A stretch of 63,874 nucleotides of DNA, the filler included, from Octopus bimaculoides (Eukaryota), in NCBI RefSeq assembly GCF_001194135.2. It is 5 parts of 4 records of this genome, joined end to end, with 100 filler letters (N's around TTAATTAATTAA, not from the genome) between each part and the next. Parts side by side here need not be neighbours in the genome. Positions count along the whole stretch, not along the records: positions 7,402 to 32,875 come from NC_068987.1; positions 32,976 to 44,690 come from NC_068994.1; 3 more parts are not named here. One strand, given 5' to 3'. The notes under the pieces were generated by a model, which saw only the letters and a program-made list of their open reading frames with translations, searched no databases and had not been told where the DNA came from. Shown piece after piece: positions 25,711 to 39,383 of the stretch. The stretch's first letter is position 1. Each line of letters begins with the position of its first letter. Position numbers and translations under genes: made by a program.

Positions 25711-26844
25711 AATTATAAATGATCCAATCTGCATACATCTTAAGCTGATTATGAAATCGTTTTCCTATCCATCAATCACTTCATAAAAATGATAAACGTG
25801 AAACAATTTCAGAACATTTCACATTCAGTATTCGTTATATACGCAAAGAAAATGTGCGTGCACATTTAAATACGTACTTTTTGCTGTATCATAAATCAAT
25901 TTTCTTGCATAAAGCAATTCATTATTAATACATTTTATTTAAGTAGGAAGAAAGCGAGATGCTACTAAATACAATTATTGATGCTTAGAATCAGCCCTGG
26001 ATATTAATGCAATTCAATGAACAAATCATGGGATTATACTGTTAGCAAGTCGAGCCTTCGCTTTATCTGCTTAAGTAGTAGTAAAATCTTCCTCAATTTA
26101 CATTGCTTATGTAATAAAAAAGGAAGACTAGATGAAGTAATCCAGCCTCTAGGCATAATATTCCTATAAAACTAGAGGAACATCATTAGGATGTCTTATA
26201 TTTATACCCAAACTGAGTTGGGGCTTCTAAGACAACAACATTTTACAAATTTTTAAACGATTTCATATAAGATAGTTAGTATATTTAAGAGCATTTGGCG
26301 GGTTCATTGTTTAACATGTTATTAATAACTTACATCTTAAATATTGCAACCTGATCCTGCCCGCTAAGAAGACAGCTCTCTCTTGAGAGACTTGTCTAGG
26401 ATCGGAACTGACTCAGTCTAGTTTTCATCTTGGAACTAAGAATGAACAGTAATCATCTTTTTAAAAGCAATTTCAAGAAATGATGAATGATACGGTTCGG
26501 AGATTCTTCACGATGATGCAAAAGACCCGCTGGACAACATACAGATTCTCCATCATAGCTAACGAATACCTGTTTCATATCCATGAGGTGTGTTGCGTTA
26601 TCATCAAGTATGTCCGACCTGTATCATTGCTTGTATGAATGCTGGATCAACATTCCTGAAATCATTTGTGTGTTTTCCCTCATGATAAATTACGTGCATA
26701 CGTTGTCATCGTGCTGTTGATATTTACTTTGAATCTTTTTATTTGTTTTAATTTCAATAATAATTCCTAAAACAAAATTATAGTCAATTAAAACAAAGTT
26801 AAGAGATGCTTCTGAAATAGAATATAATAGTTTTTCCCCCTATC

Positions 26845-27190
26845 TTTTTTCTTTTACTTGTTTCAGCCGTTAGACTGCTTTGGAGAACTTTTAGTAGACT
26901 AAATCACACATTTGAACACACCTCCACCAGTTGTCAAGCGGTGACAGGGGACAAAAACAGACACAAAGACACACACATATACGCACACACACAAAAAAGA
27001 CATACACACACATATATCAGGCGTATCTGTATGGTAAGAAGTTTGCTTCCCGACCACATGGTTCGGGGTTCAGTCATACTGCATGGAAGCTTGCATGAGT
27101 TTCTTTAACTAAGACCTTAGGCTCCCCAAAGCCTAGTTACTGCAGATGATAGACGGAAACTAAAAGGCGCCTATTGCATATATATGTGTA
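26845..27190. mobile_element. SINE family A fragments: 3' half on minus (26845-27010) abutting 5' half on plus (27025-27190)
   Basis: CTTTTACTTGTTTCAGCC... matches 23-200; GGTAAGAAGTTTGCTTCCCGACCACATGGTTCGGGGTTCAGTC matches 672-830. Confidence 0.65.
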
Positions 27191-28519
27191 TGTCTGTGTG
27201 TGTGGTATATGTGTGTGTTTGTGCACATATTTATATATAATCAAGTAAACGTAATTAACCCCTTTAAGGGATCATAAATGCGATGAAAATACTTGTTAGT
27301 TACCAATTTATAGAAAGTTCAACTATAAGGTAACCGTACAAAACATGGTTCATACATTTATATATCTAAAGAATAAGGACAAAATAGAGAGGTAATTAAT
27401 AAAATTATTTATTAATTATAATATATGACAACATCGGTTTATAGCCATTATCACAAAATGTATTTCTAATCGGTATGTCTTTGCTATCTCTGAAGGCATT
27501 CATTTGAAAATAGTTTTAATTTTATAAATTGGTTATGTAAAGATTTCGGAATCGAAACGACTGTCAGAGATGTCATATTTTATAATTAATGAATAATTCT
27601 ATTAATTTCCTCTCCATTTTCCCCTTATTTTTAAATATATGTGTGTGTGTGTGTGTATCTTTGTGTCTGTATTTGTCCCCCCACCCACCATCGTTTCACA
27701 ACCGTGTGTTTAGGCACTCCTTGTATTTGACCCATTCATATAAAAATTCTTAGAATATTTTTTTGAGCAACTCTAGTCTGTCTCTTTCCGTTCGTTTGCC
27801 TATCGTTCACCCTCCATTTTCTCATTTTCACTTTAGTACATGTCTCTTGCTCTCTCTCTCTTTCTCTCTCTCTCCCTCTCGCTCTCTCTCTTTCTCTCCC
27901 TCTTTCTCTCTCTCTCTCTCTATCTATCTTCCTCTGTTTTCCAACCTATTGTTCTCTAGTCCCTTTGACTTTTCTTCCCTCATCCCACAACCATGTGATC
28001 GGTCTCGATCTAAGTCGGTGTCATTCGTTTTCGCGTTGCTTTCGACATGATCGGTCACACTAATCTGTGCTCATCGGTCTACCATTATTCTGTGTTTGTT
28101 TAGTCTTGTAGGACAGTTTTTATTCTCCTTTGTGTTGGTGAACACTTCTCTGTCTGCTAGCCCAAGGCTTATTTTCTTGTGTATATATTATTGTATTTTT
28201 GTTGTATATGTATTACTATCTCTATTTTGTTGTTCTTTTCCCTCATTCCTTCTTGTTTGCCCGTCTAGTTTTGTTACGTTTTGGTCGCTTTCCCAGAAAG
28301 TTCTCTGGGTATTTGCCTCCGGGTGGATGTAATATTATCGATAATCTCACGAAATTGTGCTCGATGCCTTGGGCGATAACTGATGAAGAATTGGTGAATT
28401 GCATTTGTTCTCCGTTCCTCTGTGCATTCATTGTATTTAATAACGTCTTTCGGTCCGTCTATTTATTACAATATGTATGTAACATCCCCATATATATATG
28501 TATATATATATATATATAT

Positions 28520-28556
<37 letters not shown>

Positions 28557-29543
28557 NNNNNNNNNNNNNNNNNNNNNNNNNNNNNNNNNNNNNNNNNNNN
28601 NNNNNNNNNNNNNNNNNNNNNNNNNNNNNNNNNNNNNNNNNNNNNNNNNNNNNNNNNNNNNNNNNNNNNNNNNNNNNNNNNNNNNNNNNNNNNNNNNNNN
28701 NNNNNNNNNNNNNNNNNNNNNNNNNNNNNNNNNNNNNNNNNNNNNNNNNNNNNNNNNNNNNNNNNNNNNNNNNNNNNNNNNNNNNNNNNNNNNNNNNNNN
28801 NNNNNNNNNNNNNNNNNNNNNNNNNNNNNNNNNNNNNNNNNNNNNNNNNNNNNNNNNNNNNNNNNNNNNNNNNNNNNNNNNNNNNNNNNNNNNNNNNNNN
28901 NNNNNNNNNNNNNNNNNNNNNNNNNNNNNNNNNNNNNNNNNNNNNNNNNNNNNNNNNNNNNNNNNNNNNNNNNNNNNNNNNNNNNNNNNNNNNNNNNNNN
29001 NNNNNNNNNNNNNNNNNNNNNNNNNNNNNNNNNNNNNNNNNNNNNNNNNNNNNNNNNNNNNNNNNNNNNNNNNNNNNNNNNNNNNNNNNNNNNNNNNNNN
29101 NNNNNNNNNNNNNNNNNNNNNNNNNNNNNNNNNNNNNNNNNNNNNNNNNNNNNNNNNNNNNNNNNNNNNNNNNNNNNNNNNNNNNNNNNNNNNNNNNNNN
29201 NNNNNNNNNNNNNNNNNNNNNNNNNNNNNNNNNNNNNNNNNNNNNNNNNNNNNNNNNNNNNNNNNNNNNNNNNNNNNNNNNNNNNNNNNNNNNNNNNNNN
29301 NNNNNNNNNNNNNNNNNNNNNNNNNNNNNNNNNNNNNNNNNNNNNNNNNNNNNNNNNNNNNNNNNNNNNNNNNNNNNNNNNNNNNNNNNNNNNNNNNNNN
29401 NNNNNNNNNNNNNNNNNNNNNNNNNNNNNNNNNNNNNNNNNNNNNNNNNNNNNNNNNNNNNNNNNNNNNNNNNNNNNNNNNNNNNNNNNNNNNNNNNNNN
29501 NNNNNNNNNNNNNNNNNNNNNNNNNNNNNNNNNNNNNNNTATG

Positions 29544-29577
<34 letters not shown>

Positions 29578-30019
29578 CATATACATACACACATGTATGT
29601 GTGGATATGTGTGTATATATGACTACGTATATACATATATGTTTGTGTGTGTACGTATGTAAACGAAAACGCAGGCGGTTTTTGTCTAATTATGGTGAGA
29701 ACATGGTAGAGTGTATATTGTTATATATATGTTTTATTTAATTTTTTTTAATATTCTGTAAATCCTTTTTCTTTTTTTCTTTTTTCTTGTTTTCACTTAG
29801 TATTGCTACTTCCCTTATATATAACGTTTTTTTTTTTCTGTAGCGGCTGTTGCTATTTATAGCCGACGAGAATATATCGTAGCCCTTCACTCCGGCACTC
29901 GAATCTCCGAGTCTTATAATGAAAAATATTTACTGTTTATTCTAATTTATAACATATATGTATAAACAATCTTCTATTTCTCTAATACCCAGGTGTCATT
30001 CTTTTGTGGTTTATTATTA

Positions 30020-30087
<68 letters not shown>

Positions 30088-31523
30088 GTTATTATTATTA
30101 ATATTATTATTATAATCATTATTATTGCCATTATATNNNNNNNNNNNNNNNNNNNNNNNNNNNNNNNNNNNNNNNNNNNNNNNNNNNNNNNNNNNNNNNN
30201 NNNNNNNNNNNNNNNNNNNNNNNNNNNNNNNNNNNNNNNNNNNNNNNNNNNNNNNNNNNNNNNNNNNNNNNNNNNNNNNNNNNNNNNNNNNNNNNNNNNN
30301 NNNNNNNNNNNNNNNNNNNNNNNNNNNNNNNNNNNNNNNNNNNNNNNNNNNNNNNNNNNNNNNNNNNNNNNNNNNNNNNNNNNNNNNNNNNNNNNNNNNN
30401 NNNNNNNNNNNNNNNNNNNNNNNNNNNNNNNNNNNNNNNNNNNNNNNNNNNNNNNNNNNNNNNNNNNNNNNNNNNNNNNNNNNNNNNNNNNNNNNNNNNN
30501 NNNNNNNNNNNNNNNNNNNNNNNNNNNNNNNNNNNNNNNNNNNNNNNNNNNNNNNNNNNNNNNNNNNNNNNNNNNNNNTATATATATATATATTTATAAT
30601 TATATTCATTTGGAGGAGGTAATTTCCTCTTTAGGGATTATGAAACCCAGAATTCAGCTATTCTTATCGATGATATATTGAGAGAATTTTCGCAATATAC
30701 AGGGACGAACAGTACAATTTATTGTTATATTTATATGTAATTAAATAATATCCCTCTATTTTATTCCCATTCTTTTTTACCCCCACTAGATAAGATTTAT
30801 TCCCCTCTATATTTAGGTTTTCTTACCCCTCACCGTCTCTTCAATTTATTATATTAACTTAGCGTGTTCACATTTTATCCTAATTACAAAATGTCCCTCA
30901 AACCGGATTATATCCTTTTTAATTGATTTCACAATGTTCCCCATTACCTATAACCGTTTATTTTTCGAATCCATCACAGTCTTATAGCAAGATTTCATCA
31001 GTTAATAACTTCCCTAGTACCCTCTTTGATGTCCCAACTTTTCTAATAACTTAATGTTTAGATTACATGGATATATCAATATGCGGTCCTCATCCATCTT
31101 ATTTAGTATGTTTTTACCACAAATTCGAATTCCTTTGAAAATATATATAAGCAGCAGCTTTTTGCATGAAATAGCCCTGATGATATCTGGTTAATCTGAT
31201 TTTTTTTTTTTTTTTCAATATGGAACTCTTAACATGGTTTGAATCCTGCGTATCTGACATTCCGTTTACCGAATGACCAGATTCAAACATATGTAGGCAC
31301 TTTTTATGCTTTTATTCCGTCAATTGATGTTCCTTTTAATTTTATTTGTAATATATAGTTTGCTATGTTTTCATCGTGATACAAATAAAATAAGTATCCT
31401 CTATATATTTTTCTCCATTTTCTAATATAAATATAACTATATATATGCGTGTGTGTGTACGTATGAATATGCATGTATGTATATATACACACACATACAC
31501 ACACACATACACATACATACACC

Positions 31524-31555
<32 letters not shown>

Positions 31556-33084
31556 ATCATATATATGAAACTCATCACAATTCGAATTTCTGTTCTACTT
31601 GTATATGTTTCACATTGTGAGTAATCTGTCGAACTGATCTAGTAACACTTAGGCAGCTTTTATATTATTTCGGAGAAACTGAAGCAAGATTTGGAGAATA
31701 AGTTTTACTTTTTCTGATCGATATAAATATGTGTGGCATGGAAAGAAATCTATGCCAAATCAATGATGGGTAAGATTGAGTTTTAGAGATACAAAGTAGT
31801 AAGTATAGAAACATAAATCAATACACTGAATGTAGCTATCCCTCTGAATGTTAGTTGCTGCATTCTGAGTTTTCTGTCCAGAACAAAGGAACATTGTACC
31901 TGTTTTTGTCTTAGATCTGTGGCCATAGTGTACATTAATTTAAATGTAATGTTAATACCTGTCAGAGAAAGGATTCTTGATTTAAATGACTATCTACTCT
32001 TTGCGTTTATGCAATATATTCTTTGTGGTGATTTTGAAAACAAGAACTGGATGTGCTTATGAATCTTTGTAGAAAATACATAAAAAAGACAAAGAAGAAA
32101 AGTATCAAGTGAAACGATCTTTTAGTATGATACCCCGCAAAAACATTTGTACTGTATTCGAAACAAAATTTACAGCAATATGAAACTCGCGCCCGCACAG
32201 GAATACACACACAAAAACTCGCACGCACACATTAATAGAAACTCAAATACACAGTCTCTCAGAAGCACACTCCTAAAACAAGTATACACGGCCATTTGAT
32301 AGAATTCTAACATTTACGAACACGTGATGCTATTTCCCAAGTTTTATATTTAGGTTCAAAACTCGCAGTTTATCTTATAGCTTCTCTGTCAATTGGCTTC
32401 GCAAATCAGACCATACTTCAGCCACATTTGATTGCTTTAGTATTCGCTTTAGCACAATGCTCTAATGATGCAGAAGCTGTTTGAAGTACATAATTCCCAG
32501 GTGAAAACCATGCTGGTTATCAGCATACATACAATATTAGGTATGTACATATATATACAATGGTACTACATGAGAACCTACATCGCTAAAAAAGAGAAGT
32601 TAAAAAATACTTCTATGCTACCGAATAGTCACAAATGATTTACAGATATGATAGGAAAAAATATCAGTGAACAATAATTATGCCTTACCTCTATTGAGTC
32701 AGAACAAGTAAATGCTAGTCAACCTGGTACCGGTTTCGAAATTCAGTGGTATAGAAGTATTCTTTGACTTCTGATTTTTAGCAATATAGGTACTCATGTA
32801 TTACCCTTGACTATATGTATATGTACTATCCGTATATTTTTTTATAAATTTTACAAATTTCGTAAATATATATATNNNNNNNNNNNNNNNNNNNNNNNNN
32901 NNNNNNNNNNNNNNNNNNNTTAATTAATTAANNNNNNNNNNNNNNNNNNNNNNNNNNNNNNNNNNNNNNNNNNNNCTAAAAAAGATTTATTATCTCACCC
33001 ATTCGCTTCATTTTGTTAACTTCATGCTACGTGTAAAAGAGATACGAAGCTGGAAGTAAAATAGTCTTAAAAGTAAGAAATACT

Positions 33085-33296
33085 CTTTTCTACTCTAGGC
33101 ACAAGGCCCGAAATTTTGGGGGAGGGGGCCAGTCGATTAGATCGACTCCAGCATACCACTGGTACTTAATTTATCGACCCCGATAAGGATGGAAGGCAAA
33201 GTCAACCTCGGCGGAATTTGAACTCAGAACGTAAAGACAGACGAAATACCGCTAAGCATTTTTCCCGGCGTGTTAACAATTCTGCCAGCTCACTGC
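33085..33296 (-). mobile_element. SINE family B with 19-bp TSD
   Basis: Full-length reverse copy. CTTAAAAGTAAGAAATACT at 33066-33084 and 33297-33315. Confidence 0.9.
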
Positions 33297-33569
33297 CTTA
33301 AAAGTAAGAAATACTAAAAATGAAAGAGGCTCTGAAATATAGGCTTGAAGACGTAAAGGCTGAATTTTCGCAGATTGTTACCAGCGCTCACCCAGTGACC
33401 CATTCTATGTTTGTTTAATATATTTTTTTAGTGGAAAGTCTCGATTTATGATGAGCGATATTCCATAAGGCCTACTGCTAGAAATATGGTTGTCCGTGTC
33501 TGCATTACATACAACCTCTCGGGTTTACAATCGCTACAAACAGTATGGCTTACAATATTTCCTTACCAC

Positions 33570-33750
33570 ACCGGGCGAAATGCTTAGTAGTATTTCGTCT
33601 GTCTTTACGTTCTGAGTTCAAATTCCGCCGAGGTCGACTTTGCTTTTCATCCTTTAGGAGTCGATAAATTTAGTACTAGTTGCGTACTGGAGTCGATTTC
33701 ATCGATTTCCCCCAAAATTTCGGGCCTTGTGCCTAGAGTAAAAAAGAATC
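33570..33750 (+). mobile_element. SINE family B
   Basis: CCGGGCGAAATGCTTAG..GTATTTCGTCTGTCTTTACGTTCTGAGTTCAAATTCCGCCGAGGTCGAC...GGGCCTTGTGCCTAGAGTA. Confidence 0.85.
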
Positions 33751-33807
33751 TTTCCTTGATGTCTCATAAGAATCCTACATATGTAATATTACCAAAACTT
33801 CACCCAA

Positions 33808-34027
33808 GGTATTGATTTCAAATTTTGCCACAAGGCCAGCAATTTCAGAGGAGGAGGCACGTCAATTACATGGACTCCAGTGTTCAACTGGTACTTATTT
33901 TATAGACCCTCAAAAGATAAAAGGCAAAGTCGACCCCAGCGGCATTCGAACTCAGAACGTTAAGTTGGAAGAAATGCCGCTAAGATCTTTTCCCAGCGCT
34001 GTAACAATTCTGCTAGCTTGCCACTTT
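33808..34027 (-). mobile_element. SINE family B with 12-bp TSD
   Basis: Reverse copy flanked by AACTTCACCCAA at 33796-33807 and 34028-34039. Confidence 0.8.
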
Positions 34028-35457
34028 AACTTCACCCAAAATTTTTAGTCTCCTTCTTGAAACCAGAAACTACTGCAGCTCTGACCAACTGATGATCTAC
34101 GAAGTTCAAATATGATTAACACCAGCTTACTACTCATATGCCAGGGACGATTTCACAGCTACACGCAATCACCATAGATCACATGCTCAGAAAAGCCAGT
34201 TTCCTTGATGGCAAACATTCACTTACCAGTTTGCTACATCCACTAATTCACATATGTGCAGTTTCATTATAGCTGCTTCTATCTCACTGCAAACTAAAAC
34301 TCTTAGTCTGACCTAGCAATAAATGTACCACATTTACCTAAGTCCACGTTGATGCACCGGTTTCTTATTCTCTCGCCAGCCCTACTGAGATTCCTTCAAA
34401 CCAGATTCCACTTTAAACGCCTTCGGCGAATAGTTTCTTTCTAGTTCTTCAGAAATTCTCACGCTTCTATAGATATTCCAAATAAACAACAGCGGCATCG
34501 ATATAACCAGTCTGGATAAGCTTATAAAGATGATTGGCACTGCTACTACTCCTCTAACAAATTACCAAAAACAATCCAATTTCAATTTTAGTTTTCAACA
34601 GAGCGTTGAAGAATTGAAACCATTCCTTTCTGAAAATAAATCGTAGTAATTGCTAGCACATAAAACCCGTCAGTCAAAAGAACTGGCAGTATAGAATTTA
34701 TAAAACTCAACCATACGACAAGTCACTGATCGTAATCAAATGCATATAGTTCAGTGGCTTTATTATAATTGAATTTTCCCCAATTGCCATTGGTAAATAC
34801 ATACATAGAGTTGTATTGGTGTGTTTCGCTGAACTTGTAACCAGCTTTAATGTACTTCAGTTTTCGAAATGATTGGAGAGTGTGTGTGTGTTTTGTGTTC
34901 TTGTCCCGTATTTCGAGATTATAAAACTTATTATGAGATCTATAGAATTAATTTTCTTTTCAAGAACAGCAAGAGAATACTTATATTTGGGTTTCCAGAG
35001 ATATTAATTCACAGAACTGAATAACAACGAATCAGAATTTCTAAAACTTGCAAGCGAAAGCAAAGTTTGATAGCAGCGGTAAACAATTTTTTTCTCTCCA
35101 TCCCTTTTGAAATATATTAAGTTTAAATTTAGCTACCGAAGTGGAATGGAAAATGAAATTCTTGCAGGCGTTTTTATCATTTGCAGTTGAAAAATATTCA
35201 CTTTAAATCGATATAATGTCTTTTTATATTGCATGCTTCACTATATTATGAAAGCAACTAATAAGTAAATAAGCATAGTTGTGCATCCGTATCTGTTTAT
35301 GTACGAACGTGGTTTCTATCTATCTATCTATCTATCTATATATATATATATATGTCTGTCTGTACTCTATGTTCTTTCTCCTCTCTCTCCCCCTCTCATC
35401 ATATACATAGGTGAATACAACGCACGTGTGTGTGCGTGCGTGTGCGTATACATATAC

Positions 35458-35498
<41 letters not shown>

Positions 35499-35532
35499 TA
35501 CATACAGTGTATAGATGTATGTTTGTGTGTGC

Positions 35533-35601
<69 letters not shown>

Positions 35602-36134
35602 ACAACAAGGTGACTCATCACACCCAAATGACCGGAGGTACATAGCCTCTCTACAACTGGAGGCAGGAAAACGTCATGATCAGTTAATTTTGTTAACAAA
35701 AAATTCTGGAACGAAACTCTAATGGCAAAACCTTAGATCGGTTTCAGTTACGCTGAAGATGGTTGATGATGGCAGCATTTTCCTGATCGGCAAACGTGGA
35801 ATTCCATGTTTCCAACATGAATTTCCTCTGATGAGAGCGCTGGCTAAACACCTCTATTTCGGAATTTACAAAGGTCCCCGAATCAAGTGAGTTTTTCAGG
35901 ATTCTTGCAAGCAAAGCTTAAATTGTTTGCTCCCGTTGAGGTTACGACCCTGGTTATTCTATGAACCTTCATTTAATTATGTATGGCATGCGCTCCTCTT
36001 TTAAACGCCAAACATAGCTGACCAGAAACGTGATGTTGTGTCTCTCCGGTATCATAAAGGAGGACCTGTGATTGCTAAGACGATGCTTGAATGGACCGCC
36101 TGTAGATCCGACATATTTCCTGGTTTGCGCCCTT

Positions 36135-36690
36135 GTACTGGTGATGTTACAGCTGTTGTTGTTACATCGTTATCGCTGCTGTTGTTACGTCGTTATTGCT
36201 GCTGATGTTGTTGTCACTGCCGGACCCGTTGCTGGTGGTGCTGATGTTGCTACTGCTGCCACTGGTGCTGCTGCTGGTAGTACTGTTGTCGTTGTTGCTG
36301 TTACTGATGGACGCGATGCTGGTGTCGCAGTTACCGCTAACAAGGCTGCTGTTGCTGCTGTTGTAGCTGTTATTATTGCTGCAGTAGCTACCGCTGCTGC
36401 TTAATGCGTTATCGGTAAAACTGCCGCCGCCGTCAGCGCTGTTGCAATTGTTGTCGCTCATGTCGTTATCGGCGGGTACGCGCAAGGGCCCTTACGCTCA
36501 CGTACTACCACGCAAGCACACACACATTTAACACGCGCCCACGCACGCTCACAGGCACGCGCGCGCGCGCACACACACGCACACATTTACCCACAATCGC
36601 GCACGCGTGCACACACTCACACACACAAACACGCACGCACACAGACGCACGCAGACGCACGCAGACGCACGCAGACGCAAGCACTCACAC
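36135..36690. repeat. Degenerate trinucleotide tract (GCT/GTT/GTC) followed by alternating (CA/CG)n with ACGCACGCAG-type 10-mers
   Basis: Read directly. The Ala/Val-rich and Ser/Asn-rich ORFs in both directions are products of the repeat. Confidence 0.8.
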
Positions 36691-37408
36691 TAAGACACTA
36701 TTATCTTCCCTGACTTCGCTCTCTTACTCCGTTACAATTTCCTTCCGTTATCATCTCTGTTTCATCACCGAACGCCCGCCACGCAACACGTGCTTTTGTA
36801 AAACCGATCGTTAAACCATTTCTGTAAGTCTTGCAGCATTGGATTACCTCCACTTTCTGGAAACTTTACCCTCTCTATTGGATTTCATCAATTCTTTCAC
36901 TCAACCCGTGTAAACTAACCTGACTTTTATAGCATTCCCTTTTACATCCTTTTTACAATCAACTCACCCTTCGCCTCGTACTGTATATATACTTTTCTTT
37001 TAACCCATCCGTTCCAATCTACTTTGCGTTTCAACACATTCCTACCTATTTCCTTACATTGACTTTACAACCTCTTCTCTGGACATGAACCTTTCTCCCT
37101 TTTGCCACTCTCCCCCTTTTCAATATCCACGTGATTTTTAAATATATTTTGTCAGCCTTTCGTTCTCTTCCTCTCTGCCTTTTCTGCTTTCACGTCTCCC
37201 CATCACTTTTAACCACCTGCACCTCACTGCTCACACCCTTCTCCCTATATCCATATCCCTACACTGACCCTCTCTTTTACATGCACGCAATTCTCCACCT
37301 CTTCTCTTCCTAATTCCTGCTATTAGAACTGCATTCTCACCCGGCCCTTAACCCCACTTTTTTCTTTTCTTCCCACATTTTCACTACCCTCCACTTTTCT
37401 TTCCTCTT

Positions 37409-37447
37409 TTTTTCTGATGAATGACTGTATATCCGAAACGTCAAAGA
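37409..37447 (+). ncRNA. Minimal type-I hammerhead ribozyme motif (stem II decayed)
   Basis: TTTTT-CTGATGA (37414-37420)-ATGACTGTATATCC-GAAA (37435-37438)-C-GTC (37440-37442)-AAAGA. Same ACGT palindrome as 13792; follows a long pyrimidine-rich tract. Confidence 0.6.
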
Positions 37448-37654
37448 CCCTTTTCAATCACGAAACTAACATTTTTGTGAAAAAATGCCCCCTTTGCTGT
37501 GATTTTTCTTGTTTTCGCTCGTTCAGTATATAGTGTTACATATATAATGCACAAAAAAAAAAATCCCACTTTGCAGGCTGTGATAGTCAATAGAATAAAA
37601 ATGAAATTAAAAAATTAATTCTTTCTGTGAAGCCCGGCACCAAATGATCTACGG

Positions 37655-37692
37655 CGTGGTACTGGTCCACTCCCGGTGGTTGGGGACTCCTG
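37655..37692. mobile_element. Isolated hAT/Charlie-like right end
   Basis: GGTACTGGTCCACTCCCGGTGGTTGGGGACTCCTG resembles the ...GGTTGGGGACCCCTG termini of Charlie-type elements. No matching left end found. Confidence 0.45.
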
Positions 37693-38421
37693 TTGACATG
37701 AGCTTCCATAATACGAAAGAATACACGGGAATGTTCTTATCAAGACTTCGTTTAGCTGAAAGCATAGCAGACCAGGCAAACTGATCTGAACGCGCGAAAA
37801 AAATTTTGCGCACATTGGTGGAAATCAGATTGTTTAAATATTAACATGTTATTAAAGATGAGTGAAAATATCTATGCCAATTAATGAGAAATCTATAAAT
37901 ATTCTAACCAGACTATTACTTCAGATCCGTACCTGCAATTATCGAAGCATTTCTATACACAAGTAACTGTCTTATCATCAATCTTGAGAAGCTACGCTCC
38001 GCAAAATTTTAAAGTACATCTAATTAAGAAATTGTAATTAAAAGCCATTAATGCAGTTGTGAAAAGATGTAAAACATTCCAGAACTACAGAATGTAACCA
38101 GTGTGTATACATATGTATAGATATGTAAACACATGCATATGTATGTGTGTATATGCATGTATGTATATATACAGGCTTTATATATACACATGCGCCAAAA
38201 CATAGATCATGCTGGCACACATACAGAGATGTGGATAGTTTATGTATAAATACATGCANNNNNNNNNNNNNNNNNNNNNNNNNNNNNNNNNNNNNNNNNN
38301 NNNNNNNNNNNNNNNNNNNNNNNNNNNNNNNNNNNNNNNNNNNNNNNNNNNNNNNNNNNNNNNNNNNNNNNNNNNNNNNNNNNNNNNNNNNNNNNNNNNN
38401 NNNNNNNNNNNNNNNNNNNNN

Positions 38422-38466
<45 letters not shown>

Positions 38467-38595
38467 GTATATATGTATGTATGTATATATACAGGCTTTA
38501 TATATACACATGCGCCAAAACATAGATCATGCTGGCACACATACAGAGATGTGGATAGTTTATGTATAAATACATGCATTAATTCATTAATTTAC

Positions 38596-38654
<59 letters not shown>

Positions 38655-38670
38655 CATATATATACATATG

Positions 38671-38716
<46 letters not shown>

Positions 38717-39028
38717 CGTGTGTGTGTGGTTAAGTACAGATTTACTTAATCATTATATACTTACCTACCTACATACATATATAGATACATTTACACACAC
38801 ACATATATATACATACATACACACATGTATGTATGTATGTATGTATGTATGTATGTATGTATGTATGTATGTGTAATGGTTGAGTAGACAGAAATATGAA
38901 GACGAAAATGAGTCGAAGGAAGTCAAAGGTGGAATAGTAGTTTAAAGATTTAGAAAGCAAGACAATCACCACTGTTAAGTTCGAGTAGTTGATGCCAGTA
39001 TCCCGTTTCTGAGTTAAATCAATCCTGT

Positions 39029-39059
<31 letters not shown>

Positions 39060-39347
39060 NNNNNNNNNNNNNNNNNNNNNNNNNNNNNNNNNNNNNNNNN
39101 NNNNNNNNNNNNNNNNNNNNNNNNNNNNNNNNNNNNNNNNNNNNNNNNNNNNNNNNNNNNNNNNNNNNNNNNNNNNNNNNNNNNNNNNNNNNNNNNNNNN
39201 NNNNNNNNNNNNNNNNNNNNNNNNNNNNNNNNNNNNNNNNNNNNNNNNNNNNNNNNNNNNNNNNNNNNNNNNNNNATATATATGAAAATGAAAAAGATAT
39301 ATTTTGAATGCGCAAACGACAAATAAAAGACGTATATTGAGTACACG

Positions 39348-39383
<36 letters not shown>

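Noticed and set aside
26478-26587. Candidate exon EMMNDTVRRFFTMMQKTRWTTYRFSIIANEYLFHIHE
   Set aside because: Weak AAG acceptor and GTGTGT donor, no recognisable homology, and phase incompatible with the open frame of the next candidate exon.
36072-36485. Ala/Val-rich (+) and Ser/Asn-rich (-) ORFs
   Set aside because: Products of a degenerate trinucleotide repeat, open on both strands, with no convincing splice context.
38150-38578. ~108-bp identical duplicate on both sides of a gap (similarly 42692-42892 and 43461-43661)
   Set aside because: Identical gap-flanking copies are most simply unmerged contig overlaps or haplotype redundancy.
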